A stretch of 64,000 nt of DNA from a virus, in IMG/VR virus record IMGVR_UViG_3300033143_004671, positions 1 through 64,000 of that record. The stretch is one strand, 5' to 3'. Below, piece by piece: positions 38,224 to 46,882 of the stretch (position 1 is the stretch's first letter; each line of letters begins with the position of its first letter). The notes under the pieces were generated by a model, which did no database searches, was not told where the DNA came from, and saw only the letters and a program-made list of their open reading frames with translations. The translations under genes and the position numbers were made by a program.

Positions 38224-38360
38224 ACAGTTACGTGTAAAATACACCTTTTCCCCACCCTGATTTTGTATTATTTGCTAGGTGTCCCTTCTTCGCCTTCGCT
38301 GAAAAATAAAAAGATTTTCACCTCACGTTATGTCTTGTACTACAAAGAGTTAAGGGCAGT

Positions 38361-38462
38361 TCGGCGTACAATTTTTACGCGGGAATCAGGAATACATTAT
38401 ACATGATGTATTCCACCGCGTACAATTTTAACGTTGAACGAACGATATTTGACAACCGAATA
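38361..38462 (+). promoter_or_regulatory. Early-region control site: tandem TACAAT boxes, operator palindrome and boxA-like element
   Basis: GCGTACAATTTT twice; GGAATACAT-N8-ATGTATTCC at 38389-38414; GATATTTGACAACCGAATA at 38444-38462. Confidence 0.5.
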
Positions 38463-38691
38463 AGAGACGACAACGAGCGGGACGAAAGTCACCGACGCTC
38501 CGGCAGGAGATAAGGCCCACGCGAAGTCAGACGTACCAAACGATCCCAGCCAGTTCCAGATCCGACCCTGTTATTGATAGCGACCGTCACGGTGAACATC
38601 AATTGGAGGTGTCAGATCGGCATCGGCGACATACGACGCGGCGACAAACGGCGAACGCAGGGACCGAGGATCGACGGTATGGAGTGATAGT

Positions 38692-38734
38692 GGCCTGAGG
38701 GCGTTCATCAGGGTTCGACTCCCTGACGGGCCCA
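38692..38734 (+). ncRNA. tRNA-like acceptor/T-arm minihelix
   Basis: GGCCTG/CGGGCC stem, TCAGGG-TTCGACT-CCCTGA T-arm, ends CCCA. No D or anticodon arm. Confidence 0.45.
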
Positions 38735-38781
38735 TGAGATGTCGAATACATTTAATACACCAACCTTGAAAGGACAGAACA

Positions 38782-39003
38782 ATGCCTATTGCACGATTCA
38801 AGAGGAACCTCGAAGGCAAGAGCACGTACATTTGCAACTCTTGCGGAAAGCGAACGAGAGAGACCGGTCATGGCGAATCGTCGGTTGGACTATGCCGAGA
38901 TTGCTACGAGGAAACAGGATGGGAAAATACCCACAGTGACTACGACCACAAGAACAACCCCGATCCGAACTGTCCGATCTGTAAGAAGCTCGGACTTGCG
39001 TAG
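38782..39003 (+). CDS. Small zinc-finger early protein
   Basis: CNSC, CRDC, CPIC with GAAAGGACAG RBS. Confidence 0.7.
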   Translation: MPIARFKRNLEGKSTYICNSCGKRTRETGHGESSVGLCRDCYEETGWENTHSDYDHKNNPDPNCPICKKLGLA

Positions 39004-39088
39004 TCCGTACGACACTCACCCGAAGGCCTCACGGGGCCCGAGGGCCTGTGCCGTACTAACCAGAAACCCCAGATGAAAGGACAGGACA

Positions 39089-39292
39089 ATGGCTTTCGGA
39101 AACAATATAGCTGAACGCTCGGCCAAACGCAACATCATCCAAGCCATCCAAATCAACAGAGTCTGTAGAATGTCGATGCAAGAGGCCGTCGACAGTACGA
39201 AAGGTTACCTACAAAAAACGTTAGGTGACCCCCGCAAGTTGCACAGAGCCGAGTTCGACAGATACCCCATTAACGGCCTACCAGCGATGTGA
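39089..39292 (+). CDS. Hypothetical early protein
   Basis: GAAAGGACAGGACA-ATG start. Confidence 0.65.
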   Translation: MAFGNNIAERSAKRNIIQAIQINRVCRMSMQEAVDSTKGYLQKTLGDPRKLHRAEFDRYPINGLPAM

Positions 39293-39328
39293 GGCCATCC
39301 GCAATGACGCGGGAGAATCGAGAGAGTT

Positions 39329-39514
39329 ATGAAAATACCCGAAGCAACATGCCATATCTGCAACGGACCAATCGTAGACAAGGTCGGCGTGCAGAGCAAG
39401 GGCGAGCATGGGCCGGACGAACCGTGGCATTACCGCGCGTGCTCGCAATGCGGCGAAATCCAAGGCGGCCCGAATGCCTATGTCGCTCACAAGCACAAGC
39501 ACCATACCCAGTAA
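39329..39514 (+). CDS. Small zinc-ribbon protein
   Basis: CHIC and CSQC; follows the repeat RBS. Confidence 0.65.
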   Translation: MKIPEATCHICNGPIVDKVGVQSKGEHGPDEPWHYRACSQCGEIQGGPNAYVAHKHKHHTQ

Positions 39515-39548
39515 CCCCCGCAATGACGCGGGAGAATCGAGGATTTCA

Positions 39549-39758
39549 ATGCCGAACGATGACAAAACGAATGCCGAGATTGCCATGATCCGTGAGCGCC
39601 TCGGCGATCTGTCCGAGCGGGTTGACCACCTGTTGCAATGGCATTCGCTCACCGAACAGGAGCGCAATGACCTATCAGTCGTAGCCAATCACATCGACAA
39701 GGCGAGGCACATTCGCCACAACCTCCGCAACGGCGCGGGAGAATCGAGAGAATCGTGA
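39549..39758 (+). CDS. Hypothetical protein
   Basis: Follows repeat copy 2. Confidence 0.6.
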   Translation: MPNDDKTNAEIAMIRERLGDLSERVDHLLQWHSLTEQERNDLSVVANHIDKARHIRHNLRNGAGESRES

Positions 39759-40006
39759 AACCGATTATTAAGATTATTAAAATCGACGGCACCGAGCACC
39801 GCGTCGATATGACCGAGTACGAAGCGGCGATAAAAGCGCTATGCTCGGCCGCCAGCATCGCGCGCGACGCAGGGCACAAGTCGCGCTCACTGGCCGACAA
39901 GATGCAGTATGACGCCCTGTCGCGCCTATACGATGCGAGCGCCAAGGCGCTCAAGGCCAACTACCACAACTATCAGGATGCACTTGTCGCCACGCTACCC
40001 AAGTAA
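39755..40006 (+). CDS. Hypothetical protein
   Basis: GTG start after repeat copy 3. Confidence 0.6.
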   Translation: MKPIIKIIKIDGTEHRVDMTEYEAAIKALCSAASIARDAGHKSRSLADKMQYDALSRLYDASAKALKANYHNYQDALVATLPK

Positions 40007-40045
40007 CCAACATCCCCGCAATGACGCGGGAGAAAAGAGAGAATC

Positions 40046-40231
40046 ATGCTAGTTGCAACCGTAGAAATCAGGATCGAGGAAAATGAAGGAGTGGACCTGA
40101 CCGACAAGCAGCAAGAGGCCATCGCCGACGCGCTTGAAGCGCGAGATTGGGAAGAAGTGGTCGAGCAAGACCTGCGCGACAAGCTCGGCGATGATCTGAT
40201 GGATCAAGTGTGCATAACCCGCAAGTGGTAG
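40046..40231 (+). CDS. Small acidic protein
   Basis: Follows repeat copy 4; D/E-rich. Confidence 0.65.
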   Translation: MLVATVEIRIEENEGVDLTDKQQEAIADALEARDWEEVVEQDLRDKLGDDLMDQVCITRKW

Positions 40232-40316
40232 CCGAGCTTCTGCGGGCCGTCCTGTTGTGCTGTGAGCAGGGCGTCCCGTTGAATCCCGATAACCTCTAAC
40301 CGATTGGAGAACCATC

Positions 40317-40631
40317 ATGGACAGCGCGAGACTCACAGACGAACACATCGAGGCAATTGCAGAAAACATGTTGCGAGACGCTGCGGATCAGGTCGGCTAT
40401 ACGTTCCGCTCGGATTGGCGGCGACGCGTGCAGCGACTGGCGGCAGTGCTCGCCGACCACCCGGACGCAATTGTCGTCGCCTGTTGCAATGAAAAAACGG
40501 GTGTGCGATTCGGCAAACGCCTCTGCCGAGTTGGCCGGTGCCGAGCGCTGGGCCACACATGCACAGATGGACAGGGCTCGGGTTATCGACTGTGGGCCAC
40601 GTGGGCCACACACGACCTCGCAACGGGATAA
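40317..40631 (+). CDS. Hypothetical protein
   Basis: Preceded by the CTAACCGATTGGAGAACCATC repeat. Confidence 0.6.
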   Translation: MDSARLTDEHIEAIAENMLRDAADQVGYTFRSDWRRRVQRLAAVLADHPDAIVVACCNEKTGVRFGKRLCRVGRCRALGHTCTDGQGSGYRLWATWATHDLATG

Positions 40632-40655
40632 ACCTCTAACGTGGAGGACAGAACA

Positions 40656-40829
40656 ATGAAACTACTCAAACGCACAATCCACGGTGCCCGATACGTCCTG
40701 GCAGACGATGGGATTGTTCGCCGAGCGGACACACATGATGTCGTTGGCGTCTGGATTCCCGGCGACGCTCTACACGTCTGTGTGACCTGGACAAGCCAAT
40801 GTGATACGATTGAAGAAATCGACGAATAA
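40656..40829 (+). CDS. Hypothetical protein
   Basis: GGAGGACAGAACA-ATG start. Confidence 0.55.
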   Translation: MKLLKRTIHGARYVLADDGIVRRADTHDVVGVWIPGDALHVCVTWTSQCDTIEEIDE

Positions 40830-40853
40830 CCCCTAACCGATTGGAGAACCATC

Positions 40854-41168
40854 ATGACAGAGACCACACAATACACGATTGAACCAAGCCGGTCGCTGCT
40901 CGCGCACAGCGTCAAGATCGACGGCCGCATTGTTGCATATATCAACTGGCATGGCGGGCTTAATGACGCGACACGCGAACGGATACTGTCAATGTTCAGT
41001 GTGGCACCTGAACTGCTGGCGGCGTGTGAGGCGTTAGTCAGGGAATGCAACATGTATCTCGGGGGCCAGGATCGCAATCCTGACGGGACGTATGAGCAAC
41101 CGGGCGACGAATCGATGGCATCCCAAGTGATGATCGCTCAGGCCGCGCTCGCCAAGGCCAGACCATGA
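40854..41168 (+). CDS. Phage protein with APELL.AC..L motif
   Basis: SVAPELLAACEALV...AQAALAKA, a common phage early-gene motif. Confidence 0.65.
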   Translation: MTETTQYTIEPSRSLLAHSVKIDGRIVAYINWHGGLNDATRERILSMFSVAPELLAACEALVRECNMYLGGQDRNPDGTYEQPGDESMASQVMIAQAALAKARP

Positions 41169-41180
41169 AAGGAAGGCACA

Positions 41181-41390
41181 ATGACCAAACACTACATCAA
41201 TAATGAGACGCTCCGCAACTGGATTACACGATACCAGCACCTCGATTATTACGCTGACCTGACAGCCAAGTGCCGTAGGGCAATCCTGACCTCCTACACG
41301 GCATACAGTAGGAACATGACCACCAAGACGGCAAAGGAACTCACCGAGGAATTGATCGAGCAATTCCCCAATGAACTCATGTATGGATAA
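41181..41390 (+). CDS. Hypothetical protein
   Basis: GAAAGGAAGG RBS. Confidence 0.6.
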   Translation: MTKHYINNETLRNWITRYQHLDYYADLTAKCRRAILTSYTAYSRNMTTKTAKELTEELIEQFPNELMYG

Positions 41391-41429
41391 TGGACAGGAG
41401 ACAGCGGCCTGCATTGAAAGGACAGGACA

Positions 41430-42110
41430 ATGAGAAACGACCACGACAATTTGATAGGAGACAGGAAGATGGACCAGCATACATACACAATTGGGCAGAC
41501 GGTAGTAATCGAGAAGCATGGTCGCTATGGCACCAGATTAACAACCGATACGGTCAAGAGCATCTGGAAGAATGGTGTTATAGCTCTCCGTGGGACGAAG
41601 GATACGTATATGCCGAACGGTAGGAGACGAGGTGAAAGCTATACCAGTTACTATTCGACCTACTACAAGATCAGACCACTCAAGGATGGAGAGACCGCGA
41701 AGCAAATCTTGGCCGACCGAGAAGCCTTGGACAAGGCGGCGTCCGACGAAGCCGAAGCCAAGGAGCGGAAGCGAAATGAGGACATCGACAAATGGTGGGA
41801 AGAGACGGGACAGGCAATCTGGGAAGCACGGCATACACTGCCTGGTACATTCATGGACGAGAAAGTCGAGATCATCCGGTATATGGATTCGCGCCACGAG
41901 GAGAGCTTCCTGACTTCCTGTATTGTGCTACACTACATCAACAAGTGGAACGGGAGGTCACAAGTTAGCATTCAGTGTGGAGGTATGGTCGGGCGAACGT
42001 GGGAGGAGGAAGACGGACAGACCGGGTCGACCATCAGCACGTTCAGCAGTTCGACGATCAGAGCGGACTCACTAAAGGCCGCCCTGTATGAACTCGTCAC
42101 CCACAAGTAA
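41430..42110 (+). CDS. Hypothetical protein
   Basis: 226-aa ORF with two RBS-supported starts (41430 and 41469). Confidence 0.7.
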   Translation: MRNDHDNLIGDRKMDQHTYTIGQTVVIEKHGRYGTRLTTDTVKSIWKNGVIALRGTKDTYMPNGRRRGESYTSYYSTYYKIRPLKDGETAKQILADREALDKAASDEAEAKERKRNEDIDKWWEETGQAIWEARHTLPGTFMDEKVEIIRYMDSRHEESFLTSCIVLHYINKWNGRSQVSIQCGGMVGRTWEEEDGQTGSTISTFSSSTIRADSLKAALYELVTHK

Positions 42111-42122
42111 AAGGATAGAACA

Positions 42123-42320
42123 ATGTACGTAGATAAGACACAAATCAGGATGCTCCTGTCCCTCGCACAGAAGGCCATGCTCGACGAGGAGCATTACATC
42201 AAGGAACAAGGCTTTTTGACATCCTCCCATAAGAGCATCAAGAAGCGAGCCAAAACATACTACACCGAGGCATGGGAGCTTCGGAAAGCAATCAACAAGT
42301 TCTTCTCTATGACAGCATAG
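42123..42320 (+). CDS. Hypothetical protein
   Basis: AAAGGATAGAACA-ATG start. Confidence 0.6.
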   Translation: MYVDKTQIRMLLSLAQKAMLDEEHYIKEQGFLTSSHKSIKKRAKTYYTEAWELRKAINKFFSMTA

Positions 42321-42331
42321 GAGACAGACCA

Positions 42332-42580
42332 ATGACCTCGCATGTACCACTCACATGGATCGAACCGGGACACGACATCGACATCCTTCGGGTCGTCCTG
42401 AACGACGATACTCAAATCGGACACATCCGCATCGATAGGAAAGGAGGTAAGAATACGTACGTGGCGAACGCCTACACGAACAGGCACGTAGGCTGGGCGA
42501 TCCTGGAGCACAGCGACTTAGGCATGGCCCAGTGGTGGATCGCCACTCAATGGCAGGAATATCAAGACGGACTAGCATAG
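42332..42580 (+). CDS. Hypothetical protein
   Basis: ATAGGAGACAG RBS. Confidence 0.6.
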   Translation: MTSHVPLTWIEPGHDIDILRVVLNDDTQIGHIRIDRKGGKNTYVANAYTNRHVGWAILEHSDLGMAQWWIATQWQEYQDGLA

Positions 42581-42591
42581 GAGACAGGAAG

Positions 42592-42837
42592 ATGATCGAG
42601 AACAAGTTCAGATTCGTCGTGGCGGACAAGGATGTCCGTAGCATAGCCCTTACCTACGTGGACGAGCGTGGTAACTACGATGCCTGCTTAGGCTACTATA
42701 GGGCGAAGAAATGGAAGACCTTCGACGGAGCCGACAAGGCGGCACAGCGAGTATCTAAGCTAAACCCCATCGGTGGACCGAACCTCGTCGTCCAACGGAT
42801 CGCGAAGAATAGTGAGGGTAAATGGGTAAGGGCATAG
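42592..42837 (+). CDS. Hypothetical protein
   Basis: ATAGGAGACAG RBS. Confidence 0.6.
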   Translation: MIENKFRFVVADKDVRSIALTYVDERGNYDACLGYYRAKKWKTFDGADKAAQRVSKLNPIGGPNLVVQRIAKNSEGKWVRA

Positions 42838-42838
42838 A

Positions 42839-42922
42839 ACGCCCTGTAAGGCCCTAACCGCAACCAATGTACCAAAGGACGTTTCGACAGTCGAAACGCC
42901 TTAGAACCAAACCTCGTACGTC
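42839..42922. repeat. Dispersed intergenic element, copy D
   Basis: Reverse complement matches copy C with identical spacing between CGAGG..TTCTAA and CTTACAGGGCGT. Confidence 0.65.
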
Positions 42923-42956
42923 CTAGACGGGCGTACAAACGATAGGAGACAGGCAG

Positions 42957-43973
42957 ATGTCACACGAAGTTACAGTAAGGGAAGATGGAACCGCCGAGGC
43001 CGCCTACGCCCTCAAGCCTGCATGGCATGGATTGGGCACGGTCCTCGATCACACAATGGATTCAGCGGAGGCAATGAAGGTTGCTCAGTTGAACTGGGAT
43101 GTGGAGCAAGAGCCACTGTACTGGCATGAGGTCAAGGATGAGATGATCGAAGGAAAGCACGTAGTAAAGAGGCATCACGTACCCGGCAGTATGGTCAACC
43201 TTCGGTCGGACAATCACGAGGTCCTGGGCGTTGTGAGTGATACATACAAGGTGGTCCAAAACAGTGAGGCGTTCGGGTTCGTAGACGACCTGCTCCCGGA
43301 TGGTATCATCAAGTATGATTCGGTCGGATCACTCAAGGGTGGGAAGGTCGTCTGGCTCCTGGCTAAGATGCCTGAGGAGTTTGAGGTCGCAGCGGGCGAT
43401 ACCTTAGAACAGTACATTCTGTTCTTGACAGCCCACGATGGCTCACACGCTGTGCAGATCATGCCAACCTCGGTCAGGGTGGTGTGCTGGAATACGTACA
43501 AGCTTGCCACGCAGGACGCCACGAAGCGGATGCTGTCGATGAGGCACACCACAAACATCAAGGACCGCCTCGAAGAGGCGAGGCAGATGCTAATGTCCGT
43601 CAACAAGAAGTTCAATAAATACCACGAGACAGCCAGGGCACTCGCCAAGACCTCAATCGACGGCAAGAAGTTCCAGGCATTCCTCAACGTCCTAATTCCG
43701 GACGAGGAGCACATGAACAACACCCGACGTGAGAACAAGCGGCGGGCCATCGAGGAGTGCCTGCTCAGTCACGAGAACCAATTGCCTTCCATGCGAGGAA
43801 CGGCATGGGCGGCCTTCAACGCAGTGACCCAGTGGGCCGATCATGACTACAACTTCCGCGAGACAAGGCAAACGTCCCGCGAGGAGAATCGCATGGCAAG
43901 TGCCCTATGGGGTTCACAGGCAAACTTCAAGAGTTCGGCACTGGCGTTAGCAACCAAGGCGTTCTTGGATTGA
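42957..43973 (+). CDS. DUF932 (TIGR03299-like) phage/plasmid protein
   Basis: PAWHGLG, LGVVS..YKVVQN.EAF.F.D, GSLKGG..VW, HDGS, RVVCWNT, GTAWAAFNAVT.W.DH. Confidence 0.9.
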   Translation: MSHEVTVREDGTAEAAYALKPAWHGLGTVLDHTMDSAEAMKVAQLNWDVEQEPLYWHEVKDEMIEGKHVVKRHHVPGSMVNLRSDNHEVLGVVSDTYKVVQNSEAFGFVDDLLPDGIIKYDSVGSLKGGKVVWLLAKMPEEFEVAAGDTLEQYILFLTAHDGSHAVQIMPTSVRVVCWNTYKLATQDATKRMLSMRHTTNIKDRLEEARQMLMSVNKKFNKYHETARALAKTSIDGKKFQAFLNVLIPDEEHMNNTRRENKRRAIEECLLSHENQLPSMRGTAWAAFNAVTQWADHDYNFRETRQTSREENRMASALWGSQANFKSSALALATKAFLD

Positions 43974-43985
43974 AGGAGATCAAAG

Positions 43986-44168
43986 ATGGAAATGACCGTG
44001 ACAATCGATCTAACCGACGGCGACGGTCGCGGAGCAGTCCTAGTCAACGATGTTCCCGTAGCAAAAGCGATGGGCGATCAGACTTGGGTGTCTTCGATGA
44101 TAGCCGATGGTATCGTAAAAACACTGCAACAACTAGGGTACGATGTAAAACTAGTCCACAAGGACTAA
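43986..44168 (+). CDS. Hypothetical protein
   Basis: AAGGAG RBS. Confidence 0.55.
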   Translation: MEMTVTIDLTDGDGRGAVLVNDVPVAKAMGDQTWVSSMIADGIVKTLQQLGYDVKLVHKD

Positions 44169-44266
44169 CTACGGCATGATCCCGAGGGCTCCCTTTCGGG
44201 GGAGCCCGACGGCCTGTGCCGTATAGGACGACACAGCACGAGACCTTAGATGCAGGAGACAGACAG

Positions 44267-44860
44267 ATGAAAGCAATAGCAACAGACCACATGAGGAAAC
44301 TGGCCGAAGTATTTACCGAACTATCAGAAGGGACAAGGGAGGGCTTTCACGAACCCGACGAGCAAGGTATCAAACTAGTCGCTGTGATAGGGACGACGTT
44401 GGATAACGCCTTCGGTTCTCACATCGCAGTAGACCAACTAACAGCGGGGCATCAAGAAGCCGTCGTAGTATTCGAGCGACGGGTGGGCAATGCCCGGAAG
44501 ACATATCAAATGAACCTCGCCGACCTATGTGCCCTCGCCAAGATCGGAGCGAGTCAGCTTCTGAGGTATACGATAGAGGAAACATCTATCGGCGACGCCC
44601 AGCACGAACGCCGACGAGAGATCGTCGTGTCGTATATGCATGTGGATGGAGAAAATGGACATGTGCTAAGTCCAACAGAGCACATGAATGTCTACTCCCT
44701 AGCTAACGGATTTGGTGACCTCGCACCAGGACAACTCAGACAAATCGACGGCGGCTACGACTGGTCTCACGTCAGGGACAGTGACGAGTTCGGCGTGCAG
44801 CGGATGTACGATGAGTTATGCAGGATCCTCGAGGCCAAGGGTATTGAAATACCCGAATGA
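44267..44860 (+). CDS. Hypothetical protein
   Basis: CAGGAGACAG RBS; 197 aa. Confidence 0.65.
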   Translation: MKAIATDHMRKLAEVFTELSEGTREGFHEPDEQGIKLVAVIGTTLDNAFGSHIAVDQLTAGHQEAVVVFERRVGNARKTYQMNLADLCALAKIGASQLLRYTIEETSIGDAQHERRREIVVSYMHVDGENGHVLSPTEHMNVYSLANGFGDLAPGQLRQIDGGYDWSHVRDSDEFGVQRMYDELCRILEAKGIEIPE

Positions 44861-44873
44861 AAGGAACAAGAGG

Positions 44874-45101
44874 ATGACAATCGAAAGTTTAATGAACGCT
44901 CTACAGCGTGCGATTGATGCTCGGCACGAGTGCAATAAAGCCCACGACGCCTACGAAGGGTACTCATGGGGATGGGCAGGTTCGCGAGTCATCAAAGCCG
45001 TAAATAAAGCCCAAGCTGATTTTGAGGAAGCACTGGTCGGGTTCATCGACGACAGAATACGAAAGGCACTTGAAAGAAAGGAACAGGAAAAAGATGACTA
45101 A
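44874..45101 (+). CDS. Hypothetical protein
   Basis: RBS and operon packing. Confidence 0.6.
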   Translation: MTIESLMNALQRAIDARHECNKAHDAYEGYSWGWAGSRVIKAVNKAQADFEEALVGFIDDRIRKALERKEQEKDD

Positions 45102-45378
45102 GACACAGAATCAGATAATGAGGGACCCGGACCCGTTCGATGAACTGAAGGCAGAAATCCAGGGTCTTCTAAACGCGACCAAACGAATTATCAGGACACA
45201 TAGGATTGGCGCTTATAAAGCTATGGAACTTTGTAGCGCGATGCTACGGTCGTGGGACGGCCTAAAAGACCTCGAGCCAGGCAACATCGACAAGGTGGAT
45301 AGCCTGATCGGCCATCTGTTAGACAGGCGGGACGCACTCGCGAAGGAACTCAGACGATTGGAAGGTAAAAACCAATGA
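45094..45378 (+). CDS. Hypothetical protein
   Basis: Overlapping operon packing. Confidence 0.55.
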   Translation: MTKTQNQIMRDPDPFDELKAEIQGLLNATKRIIRTHRIGAYKAMELCSAMLRSWDGLKDLEPGNIDKVDSLIGHLLDRRDALAKELRRLEGKNQ

Positions 45379-45575
45379 GCGAAAAACGACTCGACGAAAT
45401 AGTAGGGCAGTTGTTGACCGAGCACGGTCTTCCTACTGTCCTACTCGCAATGGCCAATTGGCATACAATGCAAGCGCAGCGAGCCAAGACTAAAGGGGCC
45501 TCGATACGATTACATAAGCAGCGGACGGAGCTGCTCAACGTCAAGACTGATTTCCAGGAACAGGAGATATGGTAA
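45375..45575 (+). CDS. Hypothetical protein
   Basis: ATGA overlap with the upstream stop. Confidence 0.55.
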   Translation: MSEKRLDEIVGQLLTEHGLPTVLLAMANWHTMQAQRAKTKGASIRLHKQRTELLNVKTDFQEQEIW

Positions 45576-45594
45576 TGAAGCAGAAGCGACAGAT

Positions 45595-45697
45595 ACGTAC
45601 GAGGATCGTTTCTCCCGTACGATCTCACCCGAACGATGTATTGTACGTTGGGGACGAGAAAACACGTCAGAAACGATCCTCGCAACGATTTCACGCG
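45595..45697. repeat. Dispersed intergenic element, copy B
   Basis: 34-bp inverted identity with copy A. Internal inverted arms CGAGGATCGTTTCT/AGAAACGATCCTCG. Confidence 0.8.
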
Positions 45698-45719
45698 GAC
45701 AGAAAGGATGGTACATCGT

Positions 45720-45953
45720 ATGACTGACAAGGACAAACAGAAACCCGAGGTAACGGACGAGGGAGGCATCACCAGCAGCACCGCCCCGTCGGCGAGACGG
45801 GAGGGGGAGACGTGGGCCGAGACGGTAAAGCGGGTGACCGGGCCCGCGATGGAACGGGCACAAGAGAGTGACACCGTGGCATCCGAACCTCTGACCGATC
45901 CGTGGGGCGAGGTGTATGACGACGGCAATGGGCAGAAAGGAGGGGAAGAATGA
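45720..45953 (+). CDS. Hypothetical protein
   Basis: Acidic ORF with GAAAGGATGG RBS. Confidence 0.5.
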   Translation: MTDKDKQKPEVTDEGGITSSTAPSARREGETWAETVKRVTGPAMERAQESDTVASEPLTDPWGEVYDDGNGQKGGEE

Positions 45954-46561
45954 CGGTCACACCGAGAGACGCGGCAAATATGTTCACACACACACTAGTC
46001 GATTTCATCAACAACAAGCAGGTATTTCATCTAACCAAAAGATCAATCGAGAACATCAGAACGGAGTTAAGGCTCCGTCACGACCAAGAGGAAGACCAGG
46101 AAAACGAAAGGAAGAAGGACATGGCACAGTACATCGACATCAGTAGTCTCGTCGGACGAGGAGGAAAAAGTAGTCTAAGGTGCCCGGACGATAGGATGAC
46201 TTATAGAGCATCCATCTCTAAGGCAAAGCAAGGGGCGAATCGCAAGGTGGCCTTACGCATTGGTAAGGCCCTTATGGAGCAGTCCAGGCTCGAGGCGGGA
46301 GACAAAGTAGAACTGCTCTTCGATCCCGATACCAACAGTGGTATCATCCGACTGTCCCAAACGGGTAAAGGCCTCAGGCTCAGTCCCATTGGCAACGATG
46401 CCGAGGACAGAAAGGCAAAGCAGGGCACTTATGCTAACTGCACTATCGGATTCCAGTGGCGCAAGGAACTCGGGATACCGAAATCCGATACAACGGTTCT
46501 CTGTGTCTCCGAAGTACAAGGCTATGAAATACACTTCATCATCCCAGACGAGAAGGATTAA
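45950..46561 (+). CDS. Hypothetical protein, possible AbrB-like beta-fold DNA-binding domain
   Basis: LRIGK.LM....L.AGDKVEL.FD...G.IRL pattern. Confidence 0.55.
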   Translation: MTVTPRDAANMFTHTLVDFINNKQVFHLTKRSIENIRTELRLRHDQEEDQENERKKDMAQYIDISSLVGRGGKSSLRCPDDRMTYRASISKAKQGANRKVALRIGKALMEQSRLEAGDKVELLFDPDTNSGIIRLSQTGKGLRLSPIGNDAEDRKAKQGTYANCTIGFQWRKELGIPKSDTTVLCVSEVQGYEIHFIIPDEKD

Positions 46562-46577
46562 GGGAGGAGGATCCAAT

Positions 46578-46739
46578 ATGGCGACGAAACAGGCACAAAA
46601 ATCCCTCACAACAATCATCAGCCATATCGAGACATGGCGAAGGAGGTATGCGAAAAACCTCGACCCGACGGCACGATCCAGGGAAGCCCTGAGGACCCTA
46701 AAGAGATTGCTCGTCAAGGTCGAGTCGAAAAAAGATTGA
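46578..46739 (+). CDS. Small basic protein
   Basis: GGAGGAGG RBS. Confidence 0.55.
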   Translation: MATKQAQKSLTTIISHIETWRRRYAKNLDPTARSREALRTLKRLLVKVESKKD

Positions 46740-46882
46740 GTTCCATGACAGGAAACCAACGAGGCATGTATAATGATTATGACTGTCTCCTGGTCGATGT
46801 GCTGGTCGGTGTCGGGCGATGCACCGGCCGGCCATCGGCCGTTATATCGAGTAAGGAAAATATCGCCCACAGGAGACATCAC

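Larger units (their letters stand above)
39299..40039 (+). repeat. Four copies of a 24-bp gene-start repeat
   Basis: CCGCAATGACGCGGGAGAATCGAG at 39299 and 39518, with 2-mismatch variants at 39725 and 40016, each just upstream of a start codon. Confidence 0.9.

Noticed and set aside
38692-38734. Complete tRNA or tmRNA gene
   Set aside because: No D arm, anticodon arm or tag reading frame could be identified.
46661-46669. Self-target of spacer 8A (also single-spacer matches near 59366 and 63044)
   Set aside because: Only one 9-mer matches and the adjacent half does not match the partner spacer. This is expected by chance in 64 kb.
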